A DNA stretch of 64,000 bases. Source: the human T2T-CHM13v2.0 reference genome, Homo sapiens. A model generated the notes under the pieces. It had not been told where the DNA came from, did no database searches, and saw only the letters and a list, made by a program, of their open reading frames with translations. Both the position numbers and the translations under genes were made by a program. Positions 1 to 13,030 of this stretch are shown in pieces (the first letter of the stretch is position 1; each line of letters opens with the position of its first letter). Location: assembly GCF_009914755.1 (NCBI RefSeq), contig NC_060926.1. One strand, given 5' to 3'.

Positions 1-124
1 TTTGGGATGGCCTAAGGTAGTAGCCAATATGAGTGAACCTTTCACTTAGGTTTTTTCAGGTCCCGTAGACATGGCCAAAATTAATGAAAACAGCTGATAG
101 CTATTAAGAGGAGCTTATAACAAC

Positions 125-345
125 AAAGCTAACATTTATTGAGAGTCTTCTATGTGCCAGGCTCTGTTCTAAGACTTGTATGCATTTGAGCTCTTTGAAT
201 TCTCACAGCTCTATAAAGTAATTTCCTTTTATGGATGAGAAAAATTGATGCACAAAGAAGTGAATTATCTTGTTCAAGGTCACACAACTAATAAGTGGCA
301 CAGTTGGGATTCAAACCAGGGCCCTTGGGATCAGTCATTATGCTG
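125..345 (-). mobile_element. MIR SINE
   Basis: gctaacatttattgag...tgtgccaggc...aaggtcacacaact...gggattcaaacc matches reverse-complemented MIR core. Confidence 0.8.
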
Positions 346-1500
346 TATAGATAAACCCTGAGTAAATATTAAATGATTCCAGCAAGGACTGAGTCCTCAG
401 CCTCTCTAGTGCCATGGAGGCTTCTAGGCATGCTGCTGTGTTCCTTGCTCAAGGTGCAAACTGCATGCAAATAAGTGAAACAGGGTAGAATAAGCCCTCT
501 GTGGTCTGACTTTGTAGACTGGTGATTCCATACCCAATATGTTAGTCTCCTAAAAGCCTGTAAAAACCAGTTAGCTGAAGGTTAGGCAAACCACAAGCTC
601 ACAAAGGAGTACTTCTTCCTGTGATTTAGAATATGCCAGTCTCAATGGACTTGAGCTCAAGAGTGTGGATGTGGCATTTCCAAGCCCTCCTTCACCAGTG
701 AGTTCCAGGGATATATGGTATTCAGCCTTTCAATGAAGGTAGAGGGAGAATCAGTCCTGAGAGGTGTTAGAGTCAGGCCAGGGTTACTGGCAGCTTTCTG
801 TGAAGGAGGAAAAATAAATTAGGAACAAAAGTAATTCTCTGTCTTCATTGATTTCAGAAGCTGTTTATTTACAAGTGTCATGCAATTTTCCTTCTCCTTT
901 GCAACAAATTTATCACTGGTGGAGGGAAAAGATTTGCTCAGTGGTGGCTCCAAGAGTCTTGAGGAGCTTAGAGCTGCCAAGATCAGGAAATGAAACACAT
1001 ACTTTTTGCTAAGGCAGTTTTTTTTTTCCCTCATCAGATCAGTGGTCATGCAGAGAAAAGGAACATTTGACAGGTACACAGGCAAATTTAGTGGCAAGAA
1101 AATAGCCATAGCCTCAAATGCATTGTAGCTTCTGATCAGAGCCACTTGAAATAGTCTGTTCAGTTAAAACAGGCCAACCTTCGGGTGTTGGATTCTGAGT
1201 TCCTGGCTTGAGAAAGGTTGAGTAGAATCTAGGTCATTGCTTCTGTGTAGCTATTATAAGGCATTATAGAACTCATGAATCCAATTAGAGTAGAGCAATA
1301 GGATTTAAAACAAGTAGGAATAAACTACCTTCAGGGTTAGAGCATGCAACATTTCCTTTGTTCTCCCAAGATGATTTGGCATTTTATAGATTACAGGTCT
1401 GTGATGATGCTGAATATCATTTGAACTTATCTAGTTATCCAACACTTTTAGAAGACATGGGGAGGAGATAGCGTTTTACTCACCCCTGTGAAGCATTCCC

Positions 1501-1762
1501 AGTACTCATGCAGCCATTCTGTTTTTCACTTTCAGTATTGTATTCAATAAATTACATGAGGTACTCAACACTTTGTCATAAAATAGGTTTTGTGTTGGAT
1601 GATTTTGCCTAACTGTGGGCTAATGTAAGCATTCTGAGCATACTTAAGGTGGGCTAGGCTAAGCTATAATGTTCATTAGGTGAAGTGTATTACATGCATT
1701 TTTAGCTTATGATATTTTCAACTTATGTTGGGTTTAATGGGATGTAAGTTGAGAAGCATCTG
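1501..1762 (-). mobile_element. MER47-like TcMar-Tigger DNA transposon fragment
   Basis: ccattctgtttttcactttcagta...ggctaggctaagcta...gagaagcatctg followed by TA; only one terminus seen. Confidence 0.75.
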
Positions 1763-3014
1763 TATGTGTTTTTCAAATCCAAAGGGAGAAGATGTGAATG
1801 CTATCTGGCAAGTGCAGGCCATGATTACTAGCTGTACATATTAAAAACATTGAATAAGTTCCCGTTTCTTTTGAGTACAGCAAGCCATAAAGAGGGAGAA
1901 GGGCCCCCCTCTGCTTCCCCAACAGGGTTTCTCCCTACGGTTTTGTTTTTGAGTAACTTCAGCAAAAGAGAAGCTCCTTGCTGCAAAGCCTGGTGAGCTC
2001 CTGGGGAGGACGTTTGCTCCCTGCTTTCAAGTTGGCATGACATAACCAGCTGAATGGTGGCAGAGTCTCCACTCACCCCTGGACCTGGGCTCTGCCCTTG
2101 AAGTGTCCCGTTTGGGAGGTGCTACTAAGAGCTATTCAACCACTGGGGTGAAGGTGGGCGCTTGGAAAAATATGTCACAATCTAAGCATCGAAGGAGGAG
2201 CTTGGTGCTTAAAACAAAATTGAAGTATAACCAATCAGCAGTTGTTGTTGACTGTCAGGACCCTGGAGTTAGATGTGTATTTTTGTCCCATGCTAAAAGT
2301 AGATATCACCATTAGGGGAAGGCGAAGAGTCTGTAGGCAGTCTGCTTGTGATAGATCAAAGCAAGGAGCATCTCTCCATCAGAAAAAAGCTTTATGGAGC
2401 AGACGGTTTTAGGGTTCTTACTCTTTGAAGATTGTGTGGGAAGACTGACTTTCTGCAATACTGCAGGCTGGAGGTGGAGGTATCACACAGGGACATCTGG
2501 GCATCAGAACAGCTTTGTCTGCTCTGACAAGGATAAAGCCTTGGCTGATGCCAAATTTGGTTTAAGAACTGGGAGGATCTGAGGTTCCTATGCATCCCCG
2601 AAATGGAAGTGCACAGATTGCTACTGTCATGGCAATGTGAGCCTGAGCATAAATGGACAAGAATTCTGCTTTTTCCCCAAATCTGGCAGAAGGAGAAGCT
2701 GGGGTAGAGTGTCTGCCCTTGCTTCTGGTCCAGGAATTCTCCTCGTTGCCTCCTCTGGATTCCTGCCTACTTTAGCTGTGCCTGTGTGGCCTTCCTCTCA
2801 CCATTTGTAATGCTGCAAATCATTTCTCCATTATAACCCTCTTCATTGTAAGATGGTGGGTGGGAGGGTAAGTTAGACCAAATATGGCAACTAAGTCTAC
2901 TCAATTTTCTGAAATTTGAGTTCAACCAAGGTGTTATATAATGGCTAAACTGTAAATGAACCACCTTAAAAAAGATCTAATGAGTTAATTTGAGTCAGAA
3001 TTAAGGTAGTACTG

Positions 3015-3430
3015 TTTTTAACTTTTTATTTTGACATACTTTCAGACTGAAGAGCAAAGTTGCAAGAATAGTACAAAGTTTTTTCAGATGCCTTTAATCC
3101 AGAGTCCCCCAGTGTTAACATTTTACCGCTTTTGTTTTCTCTCTCTTGCTTTTTCTGTCTATATTTTTTGACAAATTAAGAAAAAGTTGCAGGCAGATGG
3201 TTCTTTACTTGTGAATTCCTCAGGATGTATTTCCTAAAAATAAGAACATTCTCTTACACAACCACAGTACAATCAAAGTTATAAAATTAATATTAATGCA
3301 ATACAATCAGTTGATCTGTAAACCTTACTCAGATTTTGCCAGTTGTTCTAATAATGTCCTTTAGAGTGTGTGTTGCATTCAGTTTTCATATCCCTTTGGC
3401 CCTCTCTGCTCTGGAACAGTTTACTAGTCT
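3015..3430 (-). mobile_element. Old L1 (L1MC-like) 3' end
   Basis: tttttattttga...aaagttgcaagaatagtaca...gtatttcctaaaaataagaacattctcttaca. Confidence 0.7.
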
Positions 3431-4019
3431 TCCTTCAAAGTAATACCTATTTACAAGCATCTAGAGTAAAGGAAAGAATCAAAATATTACTGAGGCCACC
3501 AGCTTTCCCTTCATTTTTGTAATAGAATTACACACTAACAGAATTTTTACTTGTGTACATGGTCACCCTCTTAAAGACTTCATTTGCAAGATGTGTCCAT
3601 CACATTTCTCTGGATATGACCATGGGGCTAAAATCTTGGGCAGTTAAGAAGTGAGTAGAAGTAATGTGTACAACTTCTAGATCAAGTCCTTATAGGCAAA
3701 GAATGTGTTTTTCCTTTCTCCTATTTTTCATTTTTGCAGTATGTTATAGGATGTGCTGGTGGAAGCAGGAGTGCTCCTTGGAAAGGAGAATGATCAACAA
3801 GATATCTCTGATAATTGTGAAGGAATCCTAGCAGCCCTTGGCAGTCTTACCTAATCACCCCCACTCCTCTCAGTCTTCTCTAAAATTTAAGGACTTAAAA
3901 CAAAACAAAACAAAACATAACTACCATGCCATTATCCCATTTAAGAAAATAAAGTTATTATTTAATATTATCAAATATTCATACCTTGTTTTCTTATTAT
4001 TTACTTTTAAAAAGTTATA

Positions 4020-4310
<291 letters not shown>

Positions 4311-4725
4311 TCTTTGTTTTTTTAAATGAGGAAAAAAAAATTCTATCTTATATGCGTCATTATGATTTTGGGTTTCTTTCTCACAGCAGCTGTACCAGTA
4401 ACCTGACCAATGCAATTGTGTAAGCCACCATTTAAGAAGTTGTTCAAATCTCTGGAAGTATTTTTACAAAAGGAGAAAGAGAACACCAAATTTTACAGTA
4501 TAATAATATAACAATGAGGTGAAGTCATGTAAAAATTTTATATTGCTAATTTTATCAAGACTGAAAAATTTTGCCTCCTTTAGCCTTTTAATTAGCTTTT
4601 AAAAATCATTACATTTTTCTCATTTGCATTAATGTCAAAGTGTATTTTTTGTGAAATTACAAGGCAGTTTTTGTTATGCAAATTTAAAGTCTCCTTAGAG
4701 GAATTTTTGCTTTAAAGATCTGCCC

Positions 4726-4760
4726 CTGCAATTTTAGTATATTGGCATCAGGGGGCAGTG
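4726..4760 (+). promoter_or_regulatory. Possible CTCF site
   Basis: tggcatcagggggcagtg resembles the CCASYAGRKGGCRS core with 2 mismatches, with ctgcaa upstream; motif only. Confidence 0.25.
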
Positions 4761-5888
4761 GAGTTGCATATGTTCTGAGCAGTCTAGCCTGCAGTTCCAC
4801 TGATGACATTAGTGTGAGTCCCTAAGCTAAACATTGGACAAAAATATGATATGCTTACTTAAAAAAAATGTGATACAAACTGAAGAAAATTGGCCTTACA
4901 GAAAATACAAACAAATCATATAATTTTCATGTGTTCTTTAGCATAATGAAGCTAAAACATGATCTTAATGTTAAACTAGCAAAAAGACTTTATTTCCCAC
5001 TTTCTGATTCTCCTAGAACCATTCTCATTAACATCCCTTTTTCTTAATTGCATTTTTCAAGTAAGGGAGTTCTCTCTCTCTTGTAATCTAGACACGGTTA
5101 GTCTTCCTGGTTATCTAAAATGTCCTGAATTTAAACTTTTCTCTTTAGCTTCTTGCAAAAATTATTCTCTTATTCCTAAAATATTGAAGGAAAAGATTGT
5201 AAATGGTAGCTCTTTATTAAGATCTGTGTTTATCACTGGTTATACTACATATAGTATTTTGCCACTCAGAATTCTTTCAAAATTTTCCCCTCATATAAGT
5301 TAACAGAGTTTGGAAACCTATTGGACCTAATCTGCATACAATCGTTTTTTACTTTATTAACAGTCTTGTTTAGCATCTGGGTTACCAAAGGTAACACCAC
5401 AAAGAAGACAGAAAATGGAAGTAAAGGGAACAATATTTGAATTAGTTTTTGTTACTTTCATAAAGATAAATCATCTCATGTGATTTGCTTTTTACCACCA
5501 ATGGGGGCTACAGGAGAGAATGAGAAGGGAATTTTCTACATTTCCCAGTGAAGCTACAAAGAAGCCAGGAACACTTTGGTTCTAAAGCCGGGTGGGGGAT
5601 AAGTCTGATGAAACTATGTTGCTTGATCTCTTTCCTGTGACTATGTCGCTGTATATGGCATTTAGGGGCATTTCCTCCCTGATGCATTTTATTTGGAATT
5701 ACCAGTGTCATTTGAACTAGAAATAACCATTATAAATGTTAGGTACACAATTTATGATTTGGTGTTTTGAAATCATTGCATAAATTAGAAAATAAAATCT
5801 GTAGCTCTTTGTCCTACCCAGGGGCAAATATGTCCCTGGAAAGTTGCTTCCTGTTACAGGTAGATTTGGACCTAGAGTCCTGTCTAGC

Positions 5889-6253
5889 TCAGCGTGACCT
5901 GGATGTGAGACATAGAGTCAAAGGAGATCATTTTGGAGCTTTAAAATTTGACTTCTCCACTGGATTTTGGACTTGCATGGGCCCTGTAACCACTTTGTTT
6001 TGGCCACTTTCTCCCATTTGGAATGGCTGTATTTACCCAATATCTGTACCCCCATTGTATCTAGGAAGTAACTAGCTTGCTTTTGATTTTACAGGCTCAT
6101 AGGTGGAAGGGACTTGCCTTGTCTCAGACGAGACTTTGGACTGTGGACTTTTAGGTTAATGCTGAAATGAGTTAAGACTCTGGGGGACTGTTGGGAAGGC
6201 ATGATTGCTTTTGAAATGTGAGGACATGAGATTTGGAGGGGCTAGGGGTAGAA
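5889..6253 (+). mobile_element. THE1-int (MaLR internal) 3' fragment
   Basis: cagcgtgacctggatgtgagacat...ggagatcattttggagc...purine-rich tract abutting the LTR. Confidence 0.88.
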
Positions 6254-6599
6254 TGGTATGGTTTGGTTATGTGTCCTCACCCAAATTTCTTCTTGAATTT
6301 TATTCCCATAATTCGCACATGTTGTGGGAGGGACCCGGTGGGAGATAATTTGAATCATGGGGGCGGTTCCCCCATACTGTTCTCGTGGTGGTGAATAAGT
6401 CTCATGAGATATGATGAGTTTATCAGGGGTTTCCGCTTTTGCATCTTCCTCATTTTCTCTTGCCACCACCATGTAAGAAGTGCCTTTCGCCCCCTGCCAT
6501 GATTCTGAGGCTTCCCCAGCCATGTGGAACTGTAAGTCTAATTAAACCTCTTTTTCTTCCCAGTTTTGGGTATGTCTTTATCAGCAGTGGACTAATACA
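6254..6599 (+). mobile_element. THE1 LTR (3' LTR)
   Basis: tggtatggtttgg...cccaaat...attaaacctcttt...ggactaataca with TG...CA ends. Confidence 0.92.
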
Positions 6600-6689
6600 C
6601 ACACACACGTATATATGTATTAATGTAATTTGTAGCTTTATTTATATCAAGGAAATACATAAAAAATGTGACCCAAAATAAAATGAGCT

Positions 6690-6810
6690 ATTTATTCATG
6701 AAATATTTATTGAGCACTTACTATACATCTGATGCTGTATTAAGTGATATGACATCAAAGATTTTAAAAATAAGATTTCTACTTCCATGGGGCTCACGGT
6801 CTCTTCCATG
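6690..6810 (-). mobile_element. L2 3' end
   Basis: attcatgaaatatttattgagcacttacta...ggggctcacggtct. Confidence 0.6.
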
Positions 6811-7169
6811 TAACACATACTTAAAAGGGTATAGAGTAGATTAATGAGAGACTTGAAATATTATTGAGGCTGTCAGTTTTCATTTAATTCTCATTTTTTA
6901 AAGGTATGAACCACTGAGCTATATAACACATGCTTAGTCTTTGTTAGAGCTTCTCTTTAATAAAAAGAAGAATTAAGGGAAAACTTCTTAAGTTTGGGAC
7001 TGAGATTCAGCTAAAATGTGACTCAGACCCTAAAATGGGCAACTTTCTGGAAATAGCAAATCCACTTATAATAGGAAGCAGTTTTCCAGTGACATTTTTT
7101 GCCCCTGGGGAGGACAAATTTTGCAAGATTTCCCTACTTTGTTCCCCCCTCCCCACCCAAATTATTTTC

Positions 7170-7355
7170 CATATGTTAAAACATTCAGACCTCACAACAA
7201 TGTGAGGCAGTAATGTTTCTATCCTCATTTTGTATATGAGAAAACTGGCATACAGTATGTATTAATAACTTATCCCAAGGTCACATAGCCAGTAAGTGCT
7301 AGCCAGGATCTAGACACAGACAGCTGGACTCCAGGATCTGTGCTTTTAACCACTT
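7170..7355 (-). mobile_element. MIR SINE
   Basis: cctcacaacaa...cctcatttt...gagaaaact...cccaaggtcacatagc...gtgcttttaaccac. Confidence 0.8.
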
Positions 7356-9309
7356 CTCTATATATTGATGGTCTTGAGTAAGGGGAGAGGGATGGGCTAT
7401 CTATGACAAAAAACATATCCCTCATTTTGGAATTTCACTACAATGCATCTAACATGAATTGAGAAATCAACATGACCCGGCAGTGGTTTAGCCACCAGGA
7501 ACTCAGAGTCCTCAAGAACTTACCATGGAGTAGGGGAGATAGACATATCTACAAATAGCTATAGTGAAAGGCAGAAAGCAATCAGTGCCCTAAGAAGCTG
7601 ATGCCTTGTCAGCACAAAGGAGGAAGGAAAGATATTTCTTTATGATTTTAGTGATTAGAAAATCTCACCTAGAGATAATTGTTGGTTTGAGTTCTGCTTG
7701 TTTTGGATAGAACTTTTGTTGCCCTTTTTATTTGGAATGGGCAATTCTTGGTTTTATTCCTGTTGGATGAGTTTTTTTTTTTTTCCCCGCCTATTATTTG
7801 GGAGTACTACCTATCAACAATCAGGAAATTTATAGATTTGTGCTTAGGCTGACACTTCTGTCTTCAGTCTGATGGTAACTTTATTCAGCAATCTTCTTTC
7901 AGCTCAGAGAGTTTCAGGGCACTCACCTAATTGTTGGGTGATTGTAAACTGGTTGATATTAACCATTGCTTAGCTCTTTTTGGGTGGAGGGAGCACCTTT
8001 CAGCTGGAGGCCCCAGACCTACCCCGGGACCAGGCACTCACATAATAGGCACTCAGAAGTAAATGTTCATGGAATGAATGAAATGCAAACAATTCACCCT
8101 GAGAATGAGGACCCCTCCCTATCTATTTATCATATTGCCTAGTCCAATACACTTTTGACATCCTACCCTTTTAATGAGGACAGAAGCGGTTCATTAAATA
8201 AATTAACCATTAAGTTGAGAACATGAATGTCAATATAGACACAGGCTGTTAATTTGCTGATCACTGATGCGTCCAGTGCCCAAAGGACCTGAGACCTTGC
8301 ACGTATTGAAACAGCAGGGGATTGGCACATGGCTGAGACAGACTGGGCCAATATGGAGCTCACACAATTCCACAGAATCATCCAAAATGAAATTCTCTTC
8401 CCCCTTGAAAAATGGATGCTCCTTGGCATCAGACTTTGAAAATATCTGTGATTAGGCCCTTCCGTTCCCCTTTGACTGTTTTATTTCCATTTTAAAATAG
8501 ATTGTACTATTTCTTACTTGTAATTTGGCCTAATGTTGCCTTGAAATAAGAGGGCAATAAAGAAAAGGAGAAGAAATCTTTGATCATCTGTCATACTGTG
8601 GAAAATCTGACAGTGACTTCAATTAACAGATGAGACCCCAGAGAATTTCCTAGCCTGATCTTCCCCCAGTCCTCTGTCTAATTGAGTGGAGGAAAACAGC
8701 CTTCACTGGGACCTTGGATGGCTGCCGAATGAAGCCATCACGTTTCAGTGAGGCTCAAATCTCTGCCATGCTCCCGGCTTTTTTTGCATGCTGCTCTTGC
8801 CGGCTGCTGAAGCATAGCAGTCCAAGGATGATGGCATTAGTGAGGTGCGGTGAAAAAAGCACTGGAATGGAACACGGGAGAGTTGAGTTCCTGCCGGCTC
8901 TGCTGCAACCATCCTTGGGAGCTTGCAGGTGCTCGTTGCTCTTTCTGGCCCTCAGTTTCCATATTCGTACATGCTTGGATCAGAGTCTCTAGGGTCTCTT
9001 TCAATTCTGACATTTGGTGAGTCTTTCTTGCCATGGAGAAAATAGAAAGGAGCTTAAACAGGATAGGTTTGAAAGATCCTTGCTTGGCACATATAAAGTT
9101 GGTATCCTAGAAATGGAATTTTTAGAGTGTCTTTGGTAAATGTGAAGACAGGTGAGGCCAGAGGGAAGGATAGACTATGAGGATGGTTTTGGAAATGCAT
9201 CTGCAAAACCTTCATTCTTCCCTCCCCCTCCCATGCCTGCCCATTCCCTACAAAACTACTAAAGGGATCATATCTGCTAAAATATGAATTCAGTTGCATA
9301 TTTTTTCTT

Positions 9310-9435
9310 CTGAACTGTAAGTGCAACAAGGGCAGGGACCACATCTATCTTGTCCACTGAGGTATCCCTAGTGCTATGCCAGTATAAGGTCTTGCTCAGG
9401 GGGATGCTCCATTAATATTTGTTGAATGAGTGAAT
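9310..9435 (+). mobile_element. L2 3' end
   Basis: ctgtaag...agggcagggacca...atttgttgaatgagtgaatg. Confidence 0.65.
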
Positions 9436-9499
9436 GCACGCATGCTTACAGCTTTTCAATGGTTAACCATAGATTTTAATTTCCAAGTTGAAACTCAAT

Positions 9500-10238
9500 A
9501 CTTTTATCCATAAATACCTTTGTGATTTTGCCCTAGTGACCTCTTTATATCCTCATTTTCTACAAGCCTCCTGAATGTATTCTTCCCTCCAACTATCCTG
9601 CATTATCTGCAATTCTCCTAGCTTGTCATGATGTTTTGCCCTCTGTGTCATTGTGCATGTTGCATTTTCCAGGAATATTTTTCTTCTAGTTTTCCTTCTG
9701 GTTCACTAGATCATCAAAACTCACAACTCTCCACTACTCCTGAAAGCCTTTTTTTTTTTTTTTTTTTTTTTTTGTAGAGACAGAGTCTTGCTCTGTTGCC
9801 CAGGCTGCAGTGCAATGGCATGATCTCTGCTCACTGCAACCTCTGGCTCCTGGGTTTGAGCAATTTTCCTGCCTCAGCCTCCTCAGCACCTGTAGCTAGG
9901 GCTACAGGTGCACACTGCCACGCCCAGCTAATTTCTTTTGTATTTTAGTAGAGATGGGGTTTCACCGTATTGCCCAGGCTGGTCTCGAATTCCTGAGCTC
10001 AGGCAATCCGCTTGCCTCAGCCTCCCAAAGTGCTAGGATTACAGGTGTGAGCCACTGCACCTGGCCTTGAAAGGCTTTTTTGACTCCTCCTTCTTGATTA
10101 CAATGTAATTGTCTCTTCACTAGTCTCCCGTGGCATCTGATGCACACCTCCACCTGAATAACATTCTGCTCTGCAGCTCTCACAGTGTCTGGCACACTAA
10201 ATATAATAGATACTCAGTTAATGTTTGTTCAATGAATG
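9500..10238 (+). mobile_element. L2 fragment interrupted by an Alu
   Basis: Pyrimidine-rich L2-like body ending cagtgtctggcacac...atgtttgttcaatgaatg. Confidence 0.55.
9749..10066 (-). mobile_element. AluS-type element
   Basis: T25 tail, full dimer to ...cctggcc; TSD-like tgaaagcc/tgaaaggc. Confidence 0.95.
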
Positions 10239-10658
10239 CTTCAAGGAGTTAAGCTCTCAGCCCCTATTTCAGACTTAAAGCGCTTCCACGTTTTCTCCTC
10301 TTCCTCCATGTGGAAGGTCCCAGAGTCTGTCTGCTTCCTTCTCTTGGGATTCTTCTACCCCTAGAACCTTGGCTACAGAGAAGAAGTCCATTTTTTTCTG
10401 TTCAGTCCTGGTTGTTGTCCTAGTGAAAGTTCACAGGCTCTTTTTGTTTATGTGTTGATTACTTCATGGAAATAGGAGATAATAAAAATAACGAGCTGGT
10501 CCTGGTAGTTACAGAGTTATCACAGTGGCTATTTCTCACTGCCCTCTCTACCCAATTCTGATCATCTTTCCCTTAGTTTGATCCTACTTTTAGATATCTT
10601 ATAAAACTCTTCCTTCATAATCCATCTCTCTTAGGCCTGAGGATATGGTTGAGGCAGA

Positions 10659-11115
10659 ATATTAATTATCTATTGTTACATAACAGCTCATCCATTTAAA
10701 ATAGCAAACGTCTATTATTTCACACAGTGTCTGAGGGATATTAATCCAAAAGTGATGCAGTTGGGTAGGTTTTGACTCAGGGTGTCTTGTGAGCTGCCAT
10801 GTTGTTGGCTGGGCCTGTAGTCTCATCTAAAGGCTCAACTGAGGGAGGATCCTCTTCTAGTTAATTCCCATGGTTGTTGGCAGGCCTCAGTTTTCACAGG
10901 CTCCTGGCTGTTGGCTGGGGGCCTCCCATCAGCCCCTCAGCATGTGGGCCTTTCCATAGGTCAGTTTACAACATGGAAACTCGGAAGTCTCATATCACTA
11001 CTTTTGCCGTATGCTATTGGTCACATAGACTCAGCCCTGGAGCAGTGTGGGAGGGACTACACAAAAGTGTGACTATCAAGAGGGTGGAGCACGCTTCTTG
11101 AAGGCTGATGATCGC
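10659..11115 (-). mobile_element. MLT1 (F/G-like) LTR
   Basis: attaattatctattg...tcatctaaaggctcaactg...ctattggtcaca...gggactacacaa. Confidence 0.7.
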
Positions 11116-11237
11116 AGGCAGAATTAGGGCCTTTCATCTCAAGCAGAAAATAGCATTTTAAGAGATTCCCACCTAGATGATGCCCAGTTTGGGTGGTCTC
11201 TGGTGTATTTGGGGATAATTTTCTCTTTTTCTTCCTT

Positions 11238-11718
11238 TGTTATTGTCTATAGATTTGTTTCCCCCCCCAAATTCATATGTTGACACCTACTCCAGTGCAA
11301 TCGTATTAAGAAATGGGGCGTGTAGAAGGTGATTAGGTCATGAGTGCAGAACCCTCATGAATGGGCTGAGTGCCCTTATAAAGGAGGCTCCAGGGACCTT
11401 GTTTGCCCCTTCCACCATGTAAGCACAAAGTGAGAATATTCCTTCTATGAGAAATAGGCTTTCACTAGACACCAAATAGGGGAGAAACTTGGTTTTGAAG
11501 TCTGGCATTAAAGATCATAGCAAATGTTTATGATAGAGCATAGGTTTTTATTTCAATTTCTGCTAGGAAGTTCCCTGAATGTCTCATTTTTCTAAGATGA
11601 TACTGGTGCCTTGATCTTGGGCTTCCCAGCCTTTAGAACTATAAAAAGAACAAATTTTATGTTTATAAATTACCAAATCTAAGGTAGTTTGTTATAGCAG
11701 ACTAAATGGACTGACACA
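11238..11718 (+). mobile_element. MLT1A-like LTR carrying a ~120 bp foreign insert
   Basis: cccaaattcatatgttga...gtgcccttataaa...gacaccaaat[insert]actggtgccttgatcttgg...gttatagcag...gacaca. Confidence 0.85.
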
Positions 11719-12813
11719 TTTCCTTATCAATGTTATGGAGTTTTAATCCAAACACTTTTTACAATTCAGGTACATTATTTCAGCTGATGCTGCTTTTGAC
11801 TATTTGGAACAAAGATTAGCATCCCATGTAGTTAGGAGTGTAGAATGCAATCTTGGCCTTAAGCCATCCTATTTCCTAGAGTCCAAATGGCAAATTAGAA
11901 TCAACATTTCTAATTTTTGCTTTATAAGCATAGCATTATTTTCAGCACACTGAAGGTAGGTGTCGGGAGGGCAGAAAAGTGCCTAAGGCGTGCTAAAATG
12001 ATAGATTTTAAAAAATCACCTGCTTTGTGGTTACTTCTATTGCTTTATAAATTATACTTATGCGTTATTCGCATAAGTGATTTTCTAATTAGTTAGAATA
12101 GGAGTCCTCAAGGAAAGACAGCCAATGCTGTTGCTCCTCAGAACCTAGTAGATAAATTGACTTGACAGAAACATTTCCAAGGGAATATATTTTAGGGCCC
12201 AAGGGTCAGAACGTGGTGTCATGAAGTGGATCAGCACACCACCGCATGAATTCTCCTGATACACACTGTTCTGCGCCTTCACAGCTCGGTTGCTGGACAG
12301 TGGTCTTCAAAGTAACACTCGCAGGGTCCTAGGAACGGGGTACAATGGGGAGGGGCAGAGATGGTTACGGGTGGCCATGAACAAGGAAGGTTCCAGCCCT
12401 TCCTGTCTACCCTTTCTGCAAGTAGAGAAACGCTATAATTTTTTTTGTTTTTAATATTGAACTTCACATAACCACAATTGCATTTTGAGAAGAGATTTAG
12501 CAGCTTCAAAAAGAAAGCTAAGAACCTGTAGCCTGGGAGACAGTGTAACTGGAGCATCTCAGGAAGGCATCCCTGAGCACATGCAGCTCTCTTGGTAACC
12601 ACCTGAGTGAGCAGAGAGATCAAATGAGTTGTTCCTCTTCAAAATTTTCCTTTGGGGAAACCAATTTTTTTTTCCTAATGATGTTGCTTTTGTTCAATAT
12701 GTTGTTAACTGATGAAATCCTATCAAAAGACTCAAGAAATTCTTCCTAATAACATCTCAATCTTCAGAGGGAGGATCTCACTGTCCTGAAGTCAATTGCA
12801 GCTGAGTCTGGTG

Positions 12814-13030
12814 TGGGGTTTCTCAATCGTGGTACTACTGACATTTTTGGCTGGATAATTCTTCATCGTGGAGGACTGTCCTGTGCACAGCAGCATCCTT
12901 GGCCTCTACCGCCAGATGCCAGTAGCACCTCACTTCCTAGTTGCGACAATCAAATATGTCTCCAGACACTGACTGATGTCCTCTGGTGGGGGCAAAATCA
13001 CCCTCCCCCGACCTCTGCAGAGAAGCACTG
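12814..13030. mobile_element. MER20 (hAT-Charlie) MITE
   Basis: gggtttctcaa...gacatttttggctggataattc...ccagatgccagtagcacc...gagaagcactg; 8-bp TSD gtctggtg/gtctgttg. Confidence 0.88.

Noticed and set aside
2431-2636. Exon-like stretch encoding QIWFKN (homeobox-like)
   Set aside because: Three stops in that frame and no other homeodomain residues (no RR after WFKN, no helices 1 and 2).
8225-8438. Protein-looking frame (...ELTQFHRIIQNEILFPLEKW...)
   Set aside because: In-frame stop, weak acceptor, no clear donor and no family recognised. A tblastx search would settle it.
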